Made by a program: the position numbers and the translations under genes
Origin: Macrostomum lignano
Taxonomy: Eukaryota
Assembly: GCA_002269645.1 (NCBI GenBank)
Contig: NIVC01002635.1
Coordinates: forward strand, 90,264-154,263
Reading direction: 5' to 3'
DNA length: 64,000 nt
Shown here: in pieces, positions 35,888 through 47,382 of the stretch
Position numbering within the stretch: position 1 is the first letter of the stretch
Layout of the letters: each line of letters starts with the position of its first letter
Notes under the pieces: model-generated
What the model was told of the DNA's origin: nothing
The model's database searches: none
The model's input: the letters and a program-made list of their open reading frames with translations, nothing else

Positions 35888-36649
35888 ATGTCCTGGCTTA
35901 TGTTTGCAGCAAAGGTCGGTGCCTGTACAGCGGCGTTTACGTTTGGCGGCCCCATTGTTGGGGCTGCAGTCAGCTTGGCAGTCAACGGAACCAGCTTGGT
36001 CTACAATGTACGCGATGGAAACAGGCTTGGAGCTGCAATTGATGCAGGCGCGTGCATTTTAGACATTTTTACTATGGGGTCGGCTTCGTTTGCGGTTTCC
36101 ACTGCGAAGGAGGCTGGCAAGAAGGCGGTGGTTGATGCAGCAAAAAAGGCAGCCAAGCAGGGCACCAAGAAGATCGGAGAGGAAGCGAGCAAGAAGATCG
36201 CGCAGGAGGGGTTGAAGGGAGCCACCAAGAACGCGGCTGTCGCAGGCGCCAGACAAGCATCGAAGGCCATGACGAAGCAGGTGGGGCGCGAGCTCGGCAA
36301 GGAGCTCGGCAAGGGAGTGATCGATTCATCGGTCAAGTCAACTATGAAGGAAGTGTTTAAGACGAGTGCTAGTGATGTACTGAAGGACACAGCCATGTCC
36401 ATGACTGCTGACGGAGCCAAAGAAGCGATGGAAACTTTTGGCCAGAAGTCTGCAACTTATATTCTGGAGACAGCTCTGGCCGACACTGCAAAAGAGGCAA
36501 CGAAGTCGCAAGTTGCTCAACTGGCTGCGGAGGCGGCGAAGCCAATCATGCAGAACGCGAGTGCGGCGATCGCTAGGGTTGAGTTGATGAACAAGGTGCC
36601 CAAAACGGCTCGGCGATTCGCTTTACTACTATTCGACAAATACTCGTAA
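35888..36649 (+). CDS. Orphan 253-aa protein with hydrophobic Gly/Ala N-terminal helices and an Ala/Lys-rich helical tail
   Basis: ATG start, single open frame, coding-like composition against AT-rich flanks, AATAAA about 75 nt downstream of the stop. Confidence 0.7.
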   Translation: MSWLMFAAKVGACTAAFTFGGPIVGAAVSLAVNGTSLVYNVRDGNRLGAAIDAGACILDIFTMGSASFAVSTAKEAGKKAVVDAAKKAAKQGTKKIGEEASKKIAQEGLKGATKNAAVAGARQASKAMTKQVGRELGKELGKGVIDSSVKSTMKEVFKTSASDVLKDTAMSMTADGAKEAMETFGQKSATYILETALADTAKEATKSQVAQLAAEAAKPIMQNASAAIARVELMNKVPKTARRFALLLFDKYS

Positions 36650-37377
36650 ACGCCGTGCAAACGAGGAAATCCTTAGTAAGATCGCAACAGACTAAGAACT
36701 GGATTAATCCAATTACTCATTGAAAATAAATCTTTCCACTAGCAGTATAAAAATGTTAGCTAATGCCAGTTTTGTATTTATTGTACAACTTTAGGCTTAT
36801 AAAAAGAAAAAATAGGAAATGAAACTTTTACTGCATAACTATATAAAATACAGCAGAGTAACATGTTGTGCATGCTAAATAAAAAAATGGTTGTCTTCAC
36901 TAACCTAGTTCTGTATTGAGCACCCGCTATGTGCTATTCTATCGTCTACTCTAACGTATCGCTATTTGTTCATCGATGCTTCAAAGTGGTTTGTTTTTTA
37001 TTTACCTAATAACGCACCTATTTCTGTGAAAGCTAATGCAAAGATCCATTTCAAACTTTCCTTTAATTCTAAGAATTTTCCTAATCCCACTAACAGTAGT
37101 ATAGTGGTGTTAAGAACACAATTAGAACTTTGCATGTTTGTGTGTACAAATCTGTATCTCCCTGCGAAATATAGATTATAATCATAATTCAGCAATTTCC
37201 AGTAAAATTTAATAAATTATTTTATTTCACAGTTATGAATGGAGCTCTTTGACTGTTCTAGCCAAGATCTAGCCGGTCTTTCAAAAGTAATACCGGAAAA
37301 TGGCGCTGGGCATTTGTTACCAATTTTATAGAGGCCGCGGGCAGCAACAGTAATGATGAAATACGCTCGATCTGGTG

Positions 37378-37446
37378 AGAGGGGAGAGGAGAGCAGAGGA
37401 GAGGAGAGAATAGGAGAGGAGAGGAGAGGAGAGGAGAGGAGAGGAG
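37378..37446. repeat. Short degenerate (GAGGA)n microsatellite
   Basis: Direct reading. Confidence 0.9.
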
Positions 37447-38661
37447 AAATGTAAGCAGTGGAAAAGCGCTTACATTGGAGCGTAAAAAACAATGACATCT
37501 ACTCGTCTCGGCCGCAGCTATCCAGACAGACCAGCTCTAAACTAGCCGATCTCAATGCCCAAAAAAATGACTAAGCCGAGGTTTGAGGGCCAAGCCAGCA
37601 GCCTGCGAACGCGTGACACAGTCGACTCGCAGCAAATGTTTTTGGGGGTTGACAGTTTTTTAAACAACGGTAAAAAGAGAAACGGCGTGAGCGCTAACCC
37701 TACCCCACTCAAACCATTATAATTGCTCAAACGATTCTCGTTGACTATAAAATTAGTCTTGAATACGGTACGGCGAGTTTGAGCTGTGAGCCTCACTCAT
37801 GATACGGCCGGCCTTTAGAGGCCTGTCTGTAAGCTATCACTGTCCCATGCTGTACGCCCATTACTCAACGCTTCGAAATCATTAAGGCTACTAAAAATGC
37901 ATCCATGAAACAATGGTTAATTTTAGTCACGAGAGAATGAATCATGATTATTTATACATATTCTGTCTACCTCCAAAACCATATATGCAAAATCTACCAC
38001 GGTCTATCATGTAAGCATAAGATAGTTGCGGACTGGACACCTGACTCACTATATTTGGTATTATCTAGCAAGCACAAAATTTAATTCTGCCACGAACCCC
38101 AACTGCGAGTTTCTTTGGTCACCAAAATTAATTTGAAGATTCTCGCGATAAGCCAGGACCGATTCCCGAGTTCTTACTCGGTGTCAGCTGGTCTCAACCG
38201 CTGAGCCAGGACCTCACCTGAGGACAAAAGTTTGATTTAACTATTAGTATGCAACCTTTTTGCAGACACCGCAAGGGATTTGCTTCTTTCCTTTCGACAG
38301 ACAGCTCTGGGTTGAAAAATAAGTTTTAAAAGGCACCAGTAAGTTTTAGAAGCTGCGCATGTGAAACCTGTGGCGTGAACTGGCTGTATTTAAGAGCTGA
38401 ATGCAAAAATCAAAGGCAAAATGCAACAGGAGGATGAAAGCAAAATTCTGAAACTAATGCAGCATATATAATGATTCTAAAAGCACAGCACATTCTTACC
38501 ATGCAAAATATGAACACAGTCCAAAGTACACAATACTCGTAAAAGCCGACGTCAAGTTAATTACGTTATAAGTCAATGCACATTACAATCGCCATGCACA
38601 GAAAATTCCCGAGCTTGCAACTCGTAGAAGTACATGTGCACTAAAATTTACATAATTCATA

Positions 38662-38736
38662 TGCACTATAGAAGTGCATGAGCACTACAAAAGTGCATGA
38701 GCACTATAAAAGTGCATGAGCACTATAAAAGTGCAG
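38662..38736. repeat. 19-bp tandem repeat (about 4 copies) in the 3' UTR of the SUPT3H-like gene
   Basis: GCACTATAAAAGTGCATGA; contains a GCACT/AGTGC inverted pair. Confidence 0.85.
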
Positions 38737-38741
38737 GCCAA

Positions 38742-39180
38742 TTATCTGGCAGCGGAGGCGGCGCGCAGCTGCATGGCCTCGCGCAGCTCAGCAGCGGAAG
38801 CGCAGACCTCGGCCTCCAGCAGAAGCGCCTCAGACGGCCAGGTCTCCGCCCGGCGCAGCTTGACAGTGTCCAGCAGCTCGGCCACGGCCTGGTGGGCCAG
38901 ATAACTGAGCAGCCGGCAGGCGGCGGAGCTCAGGCTGTGGCCGGCCGGGCCCAGCCAGCTGCGGAAGCGGCGCAGATCCGAGCGGCTGGCGGAGCCCCCG
39001 CCGTGACCGACAAGGCAGCAGCGGCGGCTGCGGGCGAACCGTGCGTAGTCTGCGGGGCTGAGGCCCTCCGAGCACCGGTTGAGCCGCTGCAGCCGCTGCT
39101 GCTGCTCCGCCTGCAGCTGCGCCAGGGCGTCCGCCGCCTCCGGCAGCGCCGACTCCAGGAAGGGCGGCAGGGAGCGCTCG
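38742..39180 (-). CDS. SUPT3H: SUPT3H/Spt3-like, last exon (second histone-fold half)
   Basis: Acceptor CACTTTCACCCCCGCAG at 39181; phase fits the upstream exon (GA|C = Asp). Translation ...QQRLQRLNRCSEGLSPADYARFARSRR...RFRSWL...LLSYLAHQAVAELLD...AAELREAM parallels Spt3 [21 protein letters not shown]...KFRDWL...ILAYLAYETVAQLVD...IREA. Confidence 0.85.
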
Positions 39181-39227
39181 CTGCGGGGGTGAAAGTGGGG
39201 CGGGGGAATTGAGGTTGGGTAGTAGTG

Positions 39228-39440
39228 GGGAATCTGCTATTCTGATGGGGAATCTGAAGTTCTGATTGGGAATCTGCAGTTCTAATTGGGAATCTGCAGT
39301 TCTAATTGGGAATCTGCAGTTTTAATTGAGAATCTGCAGTTCTAATTGGGAATCTGCAGTTTTAATTGAGAATCTGCAGTTCTAATTGGGAATCTGCAGT
39401 TTTAATTGAGAATCTGCAGTTCTAATAGGGAATCTGCTAT
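39228..39440. repeat. 20-bp intronic tandem repeat
   Basis: GGGAATCTGCAGTTCTAATT, about 10 copies. Confidence 0.92.
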
Positions 39441-39721
39441 TATTCGAGAAGCAGCCGTCATTCAGATTTTCTGTTTATTGGAAACATGTGCACTAAAATT
39501 TGCTTAGCGCTTTACTGGCAGTAGATAAGCGTGCATGATCCTATCGGTAATACCAAAAACCTGAACTCTTGCAACCCCCAAGCTTCGAATCCGATATACT
39601 AAAAATTAATATTTAAAAGTCATTAATGGCCTTGGTTGGATTTATAAGCGGGAGGACATGCCCCACAGCCAGTTAACAATAAGCTGACTTTGAAAACGTG
39701 GTGCTCAGAGCTCAGCTCTGC

Positions 39722-39893
39722 TCACCTACAGTAGCCACCCGCTACTCACCCACAGCAGCCACCCGCTACTCACCCACAGCAGCCACCCGCTACTCACCCA
39801 CAGCAGCCACCCGCTACTCACCCACAGCAGCCACCCGCTACTCACCCACAGCAGCCACCCGCTACTCACCCACAGCAGCCACCCGCTACTCAC
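39722..39893. repeat. 24-bp tandem repeat that duplicates the 5' splice site of the SUPT3H-like intron
   Basis: Minus-strand unit GTGAGTAGCGGGTGGCTGCTGTGG, about 7 copies, beginning exactly at the donor. Confidence 0.93.
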
Positions 39894-40317
39894 TCGCAGT
39901 CAGCGCCCTCTGCCAGCTGCTCAACCAGCTCAGGTCCGCCGATCTCAGCGGCCTCCTCAGCCCCGTCGCCGCCGTTCTCGAGGCGGCAGGCAGCGCGCCT
40001 CTCGGCCAGCAGGCGGTGGTAGCGGATGCAGTGCGCCAGCGCCCGCCTGTTGGAGCGGAGGGCCGCCACGAGGTCCGCCGCTGACACCTCCGCCTCGTGC
40101 GGGCCGTCCCGCCGCTCGTGCGCAGCCACGGCGGCCGCAGCCCAGCGGGAGAGCCGCAGGCGGAGGAAATCCTCCACCAGGTCGAGGCTGCCGCTGCAGG
40201 GCTCGGGCAAGTCGCCAAGGCCGAACATCATCTGCCGAAGCTGCTCAGCGTACTGGCGCTGCGGCTGCGACTCTGCGGGTGCGGCGGCGAGGGAGTTTGA
40301 GTCTGAGCAGGGCTGCA
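39894..40317 (-). CDS. SUPT3H: SUPT3H/Spt3-like, N-terminal histone-fold exon
   Basis: YAEQLRQMMFGLGDLPEPCSGSLDLVEDFL...VSAADLVAALRSNRRAL matches the Spt3/TAF13 MMxxxGD...VED motif. Donor GA|GTGAGT at 39893; acceptor-like CCCCTATATCCAG at 40318. No upstream in-frame ATG. Confidence 0.85.
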
Positions 40318-40600
40318 CTGGATATAGGGGTGTGACGCTCTGGTCATGTACATGTACAACTAAATTCCTACATGTACATTATTTTGAGAATCGGTGTTGT
40401 CAGCGTTCATTGTGGCGCCGCAGGCACTCATTTTGGTACCGCAGGTGCTATATTTTAGCGCCCGGAAACAAAATAATTGCTCTCCACTTCCACAAGGGGT
40501 CACCATCACAAGGGACAAAACATTGTCATGCCACCCCAAAGCTTTTACTGGGGGACATGTCCTTCTGTCGTCGCCCCGGTGATGGCGCCCCTGAAAATCG

Positions 40601-41240
40601 GGTCTCAATCCTGGACGGGCAATATGGACTGTGCCAAATTTGAGTTTCAATCCTGGACGGGCAATATGGACTGTGCCAAATTTGAGTCTCAATCCTGAAC
40701 AGGCAATATGGACTGTGCCAAATTTGAGTCTCAATCCTGAACAGGCAATATGGACTGTGCCAAATTTGAGTCTCAATCCTGAACAGGCAATATGGACTGT
40801 GCCAAATTTGAGTCTCAATCCTGAACAGGCAATATGGACTGTGCCAAATTTGAGTCTCAATCCTGAACAGGCAATATGGACTGTGCCAAATTTGAGTCTC
40901 AATCCTGAACAGGCAATATGGACTGTGCCAAATTTGAGTCTCAATCCTGAACAGGCAATATGGACTGTGCCAAATTTGAGTCTCAATCCTGAACAGGCAA
41001 TATGGACTGTGCCAAATTTGAGTCTCAATCCTGAACAGGCAATATGGACTGTGCCAAATTTGAGTCTCAATCCTGAACAGGCAATATGGACTGTGCCAAA
41101 TTTGAGTCTCAATCCTGAACAGGCAATATGGACTGTGCCAAATTTGAGTCTCAATCCTGAACAGGCAATATGGACTGTGCCAAATTTGAGTCTCAATCCT
41201 GAACAGGCAATATGGACTGTGCCAAATTTGAGTCTCAATC
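40601..41240. repeat. 42-bp minisatellite, about 15 copies
   Basis: GGCAATATGGACTGTGCCAAATTTGAGTCTCAATCCTGAACA. Confidence 0.97.
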
Positions 41241-41834
41241 ATGAATGGCTATCAAAGCGTTGCTTCTTATTTTGCTCAGAAATCGAGCTGGAGACCTCAG
41301 CTAACACAAGAGACATGCCGCTGTCACAACCCCTATGGAGAGAGAGAGAGCTGCAGAAGCAGAGCAGCTCTGACCGAGAATTCAATAAAAGCTGTAAAAC
41401 ACGGACTGAGAAGGCCAGCCCTGGCCATGAAGCCATGGCTAAAAGTTCGAAGCCGCTCGCAGACTCCGCGGAATGGCAAGCCAGGCAAGCCAGTATCAGT
41501 GACACACAAGTGAAGCTCGCAGATCTGCCGCAAGATAAACACACGGAGCAGCATTAAACGGCAAGTTTGCGCTGAGCGAATTCTGCGCAGCCCCCCGCTG
41601 CAGGCTGTGCCGCAGGCGGCAGGCAGCAGATCTTGGACACTCTGCCTGCCAGGGGCAAATTGTAAACAAAAGTTTGCCAACTGCAGCCTCTTGCAAAGCT
41701 GTTCGCGCAGCAGGACCTCCGAAGCGCAGCGGCAAAGTGACTAATTGATGCCAAGAAGCGAAACTTGAATTACTAAGGCGCTAGATTTTGATGACGTTTT
41801 CAAAAGCATTGCAGCCTGCGCTTTGCTGGTTGGG

Positions 41835-42279
41835 GCTGGCCCAGAAACACACAGGCTGGCCCAGAAACACAAACTGGCCCAGAAACACACAGGCTGGCCC
41901 AGAAACACACAGGCTGGCCCAGAAACACACAGGCTGGCCCAGAAACACACAGGCTGGCCCAGAAACACAAACTGGCCCAGAAACACAAACTGGCCCAGAA
42001 ACACAAACTGGCCCAGAAACACACAGGCTGGCCCAGAAACACACAGGCTGGCCCAGAAACACACAGGCTGGCCCAGAAACACACAGGCTGGCCCTGAAAC
42101 ACACAGGCTGGCCCAGAAACACACAGGCTGGCCCAGAAACACACAGGCTGGCCCAGAAACACACAGGCTGGCCCAGAAACACACAGGCTGGCCCAGAAAC
42201 ACACAGGCTGGCCCAGAAACACACAGGCTGGCCCAGAAACACACAGGCTGGCCCAGAAACACACAGACTGGCCCAGAAC
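41835..42279. repeat. 20-bp tandem repeat with 18-bp variants
   Basis: GGCCCAGAAACACACAGGCT / GGCCCAGAAACACAAACT. Confidence 0.96.
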
Positions 42280-45200
42280 ACAAGCAGAGTCGGCAGTGCA
42301 AATCCCGAGCATGCCAGGCCAGTCCCAGAGCGCCATCCCCAGCTCCAATTTACGCAGGCTTAAGCGGCGCCATCAGCATGAATTTATCAGTGAGCCGGGC
42401 GAATCCCCTCGCCCTCTCTCTTACATCCTCGCTGATCGAAGTGATTTTCTGACCAAGAAATCGGGCCGCAGAGAGGAGCTGGGAGTTAGGGAGGCTGGGG
42501 GAGCTCAAGGCCGGTTGCTGAAGAGAGGAGGGAACAGAAGATGACCAGGCCGAGCTGAATAATTTACGGCAAAGCCCGAGACCCGGGCAGCACTCATGCT
42601 GTCCAGTACTGCTGCTGCAAGCTCGAACTGCTATTCAGCTAAGCTTAATATTTACTAAAGTGCGCAGGTCTTGAAGGAGGACCCGGGCTCGATTTCTGAA
42701 GTCGCCGCATCAATAAAAGTGCAAACCTCCTGTGCAGTGAGGAGTTTTGCCAGCTCTTTTCAAAGAAGTTCAGGCCCTGCTGGGCATTCTGACGTCCGCT
42801 CAAAACTGCAGGTGGCTTCGAACAGACGCGAGAGCGATCAGAACTCGAGACTGATTTCTAGGAAACACGCGGACTCTCTGGACTGAGAATTGGCAGCTCA
42901 GCGGGGGTTGGGCCGGGGGGGGGGCTGGCTGAGGAGGCGCCAGCGATTCCGCGATAACTCGGGGCGAGCGGGAGGGGGTGGCGGAGCTGCTGCTGCTGCA
43001 CTCTGGTAGGAGCAGAAACTGCAGCAGGGGGCGAATAGAGGCCAGAGAGAGAGGGTGGGACCGGATGCCCCCAGGCGGTGTTATAAAGCCCGCCGCTGCT
43101 CATGGCGGGCTGTACGCACGCATGCGCGCTCGCTGGCACGCGGCAGCTGCGGACAGGCGGGCTGGATGGAGCCGCTGCAGACTGACGGGGCCGCACCGGT
43201 AAGAGAATTCCTGAGCTGCTTGCTCACGGCTGTGTGAGATGCCAAATTGCTCTATACTTATGCTACACTATAATAATAATACCAAAAGCAGAAACAAAGA
43301 CAGCAACACACACAACCCAGTTCTAAATGTCCTTGCTTGAACCTCCTTGGCCAGCTGCCTTTCCTAGGGGATCCCTCGCACAGCCCGCCCGCCTCTTCAC
43401 CTTATCTGAACAGTTTGTAAAACTAGTTTGGGAAGTTATGGGAAAATGTGGAAGCGCTGGGCTGGGAAGGAAGCAGATAGGGGAAGTTTAGGGCGCAGTG
43501 CGACAGACAAGGCAGACACCTATGCCTATAATGCCAGTAGCATTCCGCCCAATGGAAGGCGGCAGGTAACTCCGCCACCCCAGGCCGGGAATTCGGGAGA
43601 GGGGCAGGAGATGCAGCGGGCTATAAAACAGCGGAGGAAGCCCACGGACCGAAGCCTCGGACGCCAGGGAGAGAGAGAGCAGCCAGGCCCGAATCCCAGA
43701 TCCCCCACTTCCGGCCAGAGGAGCGCCGCCTCCAGGGGACGTGCTTCTTTGCATCCGCATGCCGCCAGCCCAGCGCACCTGACCATGGAATGTAAAGAAG
43801 TATGTTCTCTGGCCGCGCTGAGCAGCGAGGCCCTCGCCCAGACTCTTCCCCATCGCATCAATCCCACTTGCGGTCTCGGAGGCTCTGGTATTGAGAATTT
43901 GAGAATCAGAGAGTCAGTGAGGCCGAATCAGTCGGCAGATTGGCACTGCAGAGCACACCGTAGAAATTAGAAACCAAAACTGCGGCCACTCGCGGTGACG
44001 CATGCCTGCCCTGTGCCCTCCCCTCAGCTTCGTCTTGAAGCAAAAAAAACACGCAGAGGCCTCCGCTCCCCCCGATCGATACGGGATGCGGCGCACGCGG
44101 GTGCGAGCGGCCAGCCACTGTCTGTGCGCTGCCACGCATCCCCTGCGCAAAACTGGCCAATATTCCCCCTCCCAATTTAACCCATATTTCGGACCCGCCA
44201 TCCCCATACATTTCTTCCCCCCCCCACAAGCATGACTGACTGGGAGGGCAGGCGGTTCAGCGGGCCACCGCAGGCCCTGGGCCGCCACGCCGCTGCCGCG
44301 TGACTGCAGGGCCCCGCAGGCCCATCTGTGTAAACAGAAGCGGCAGCGCTCAGATTTAAATCAGCGCCACCCCAATTGGGCCCAAATTGTGCGAGAGATG
44401 CGTTTGGTTTGACATCTCGCTGACCAATTTCGGTGTGAAAGCCGAGGCCGAGACAGTTCACTGGCTGGCTGCTGGCGACAGGAAGCGGGCAGCGGCGGCA
44501 GATTGCCGGGCCTGATAGGGACTGCGGTGCGAGTGAAATCGGGGCCGAAATTGACGCTACTTAGCAACAGTACGGTGGCGCGAATGTGCTTACTTAGAGT
44601 ACTATATAGGAATGTATGACGGTTCCAGTTCGCATAGTAAAAACCAAGTAAACAGACAGCTGGAGTGCCATGGAGTTGGTCAGCCCAGCCCACTTCAGCT
44701 GCCTCTCCCAGCCGAGGGCTGAATAACAAAGACCCGGGGATACAATAACCAAGCTTTTTCATGCGTGGGAGGTCATAAATCTATAACCATTTTTCCCACT
44801 GTGCAGCCCTGTGACTTTGTTTATCTCCCCGTGACACTGAGACTGGCGCCTAGCGCAGGCAGATGCCGCGAGCCTTATCGTTTATTTTCGAGCCTGGCTA
44901 GATCAGGGACTATTAGTTTAGGAACTTGGACTGGAAGCAAGTAATCAGGGACGTCTTTAATTAGTCCTATGCCTGTGTGTGACAAAAAATTAAAAATATC
45001 TCAACTTCTCTCAATTACAATTCAGAGATAAGCTTTTACTCTTTGATTAAGCTTTCAGATTATTAACTACAGTGAGCACGGATTTTGCTTTTCATATTTT
45101 TAAGAGTTTCCGAAAATCACATGCACTGGGCATTACAAAGACGAAAGAGCATTCGCTTGAAGATATGGACGGGCAGTTTTATAAAATGCTAATATCACAC

Positions 45201-45286
45201 AGCAGATGCCCTTCCGATCCAGGCATTTTATAGGAGCGGAAGTCCATGACTTAGACTCTGGGACAAAAACTGGTGGCAAACACAGA

Positions 45287-45760
45287 AATCTGCTTCTGAT
45301 TTTGATAGGGATGGGAGATTCTGGCACATGGAGCTGCTTCTGATTTTGATAGGGATGGGAGATTCTGGGAGATGGAGCTGCTTCTGATTTTGATAGGGAT
45401 GGGAGATTCTGGGACATGGAGCTGCTTCTGATTCTGATGGGGATGGGAGATTCTGGCACATGGAGCTGCTTCTGATTTTGATAGGGATGGGAGATTCTGG
45501 GAGATGGAGCTGCTTCTGATTTTGATAGGGATGGGAGATTCTGGGACATGGAGCTGCTTCTGATTCTGATGGGGATGGGAGATTCTGGGACATGGAGCTG
45601 CTTCTGATTTTGATGGGGATGGGAGATTCCGGGATGGAGCTGCTTCTGATTTTGATGGGGATGGGAGATTCTGGGACATGGAGCTGCTTCTGATTTTGAT
45701 GGGGATGGGAGATTCTGGGACATGGAGTTGCTTCTGATTCTGATGGGGATGGGAGAGTCT
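45287..45760. repeat. 44-bp minisatellite, about 10 copies
   Basis: GAGATTCTGGGACATGGAGCTGCTTCTGATTTTGATAGGGATGG. Confidence 0.95.
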
Positions 45761-47382
45761 GAGAGATGAAGCAACACGGAGATTCTGAACGATGGGGCAA
45801 CACAGGGAGATTCTGGGGCCAGCACGCAGAGCAGATGACCTGTGATCCGTGCATCAGGGCGGCCCATCCGATAGAAATTCCGCAGCCGGCAGTCGCTAAT
45901 TAAAAGCGGCCGCCGTGGCGTCCCGGCGAGACCGGCAGCATCCCGAAGCTCGGCAGTCCGCCGCTCCAGTCCCGGCCTCCCAATTCCCCACCTCCCAGCC
46001 CTGCTCAGCTCCCAGCCCCCATTCAATTAGCCTCCGCTCTTGGCAGTCAGCCAGCCAGTTTTGCCAGGCCAGTGCGGCCCTTCAAAGCAAAGCATTCTCT
46101 AGAGGCGTGGGAGCCGGCAGAAGCAGAACTCCTGGCCCGGCCATGGACTTCTAGACCGAGAGTCCGGATTGGAAGCCTTAGGCCTTTTTTATTGTGCATT
46201 ATCAAGCAAGTCAGAGTTGAAAAAAGCACGAAAACCGGGATGCCAGACTGTTTGCTCCTTTTCATTGAAAACACAGAGGATTGCCTGAATCCAGAGTGCA
46301 GACTCCAGGGCTCCATGGCCCAAATTTGGCCAAATAAGGGAACTCGCTGCATTCGGTGGGAATGGCGGGTGGGGAGCCTCCTCAGAGGGAGGGGAGGGTG
46401 GGGAGGTCGCGGGGTCCAACGGGAGCGGCCCATTGAAACTCGATATGAGTGAGGCGCAGGGCGGGGGCAGATAAGGCCATGCGGAGCGGCTCTCCAAGGC
46501 TTCTTCAGCGGAGCTGCAGCTACAGACAGTAAAGGTGAGTCGGTCCTGAAGCAACTCGATAGCCCTGGAAATCGCATTAAACAGCCGTGAGTTTCCTCGC
46601 AGAGTAAATTGGCACTTGAACCGGAAGCCACCAGGAAGCCCCGTTTGCTGAGCTGGTTCGAGGGCCGGCCAGAAAGGCTTTGCATGCCGCTTTTGTTTTG
46701 GCAGATTTTGCCTCCCCTGGAGATGCAAATTGTGCTTTTTGGTCCCCTTCAACCAGTTGCTCAGACGGGGCGGCGCGACCAGAGGACGCCCCTAAGATTT
46801 CATTTCTCGAAATTAGTTCCCCGAATCTTCCTACTGTCATTAAATAAGAACAAAAACTATCAATACTACTGCTGGCTGCTTCAACAGTAGCACGCAGGCA
46901 TTTAAATAGAATTCAAATAAATTAGCAAGCAGTTCAGCTCACCCATTCCAGGCTCGGGATCCAGTTCGGCAGTTCTTTCTCGAGTTGAGCGCGGCAGGCT
47001 GCAGAATTCAGGGCTGCAGGATGAGCTGAAAAGCCGGGGAGATCAGAGAGCGAATGCCAGACCTGCCAGTCCATTGCGCTTCCAACTGCATCATTTGTGC
47101 GGGCACAGAAATTGGTGCCCATTTTGCATGAGCACATCTCCGTCCTCTCGGTACCCAAGCCATCGTGAGTTCTACCTAGCCCACAAGCTCACTGTAAATT
47201 AAAACAGTCAGTTTCATAGCCCAAGGCAACAAGCAAGGTGGCTGCAATTTGGAAATATTTGGCATTGGCATGGAACTTTAATTGGTACTTCAATTGTGCA
47301 ATTGAAGCTGAGCATTTTGATGGGCATTCCAGATTGCGGTTTGGGGGCTGTGGTTCTTGCAGATGGTGAATGACTGAATGTT

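Noticed and set aside
38697-39212. 171-aa plus-strand ORF
   Set aside because: Antisense to the SUPT3H-like last exon, which has homology and splice-phase support.
40360-42452. Multiple 166-308 aa ORFs on both strands
   Set aside because: Produced by the 42-bp and 20-bp arrays; open in several frames with no domain signal.
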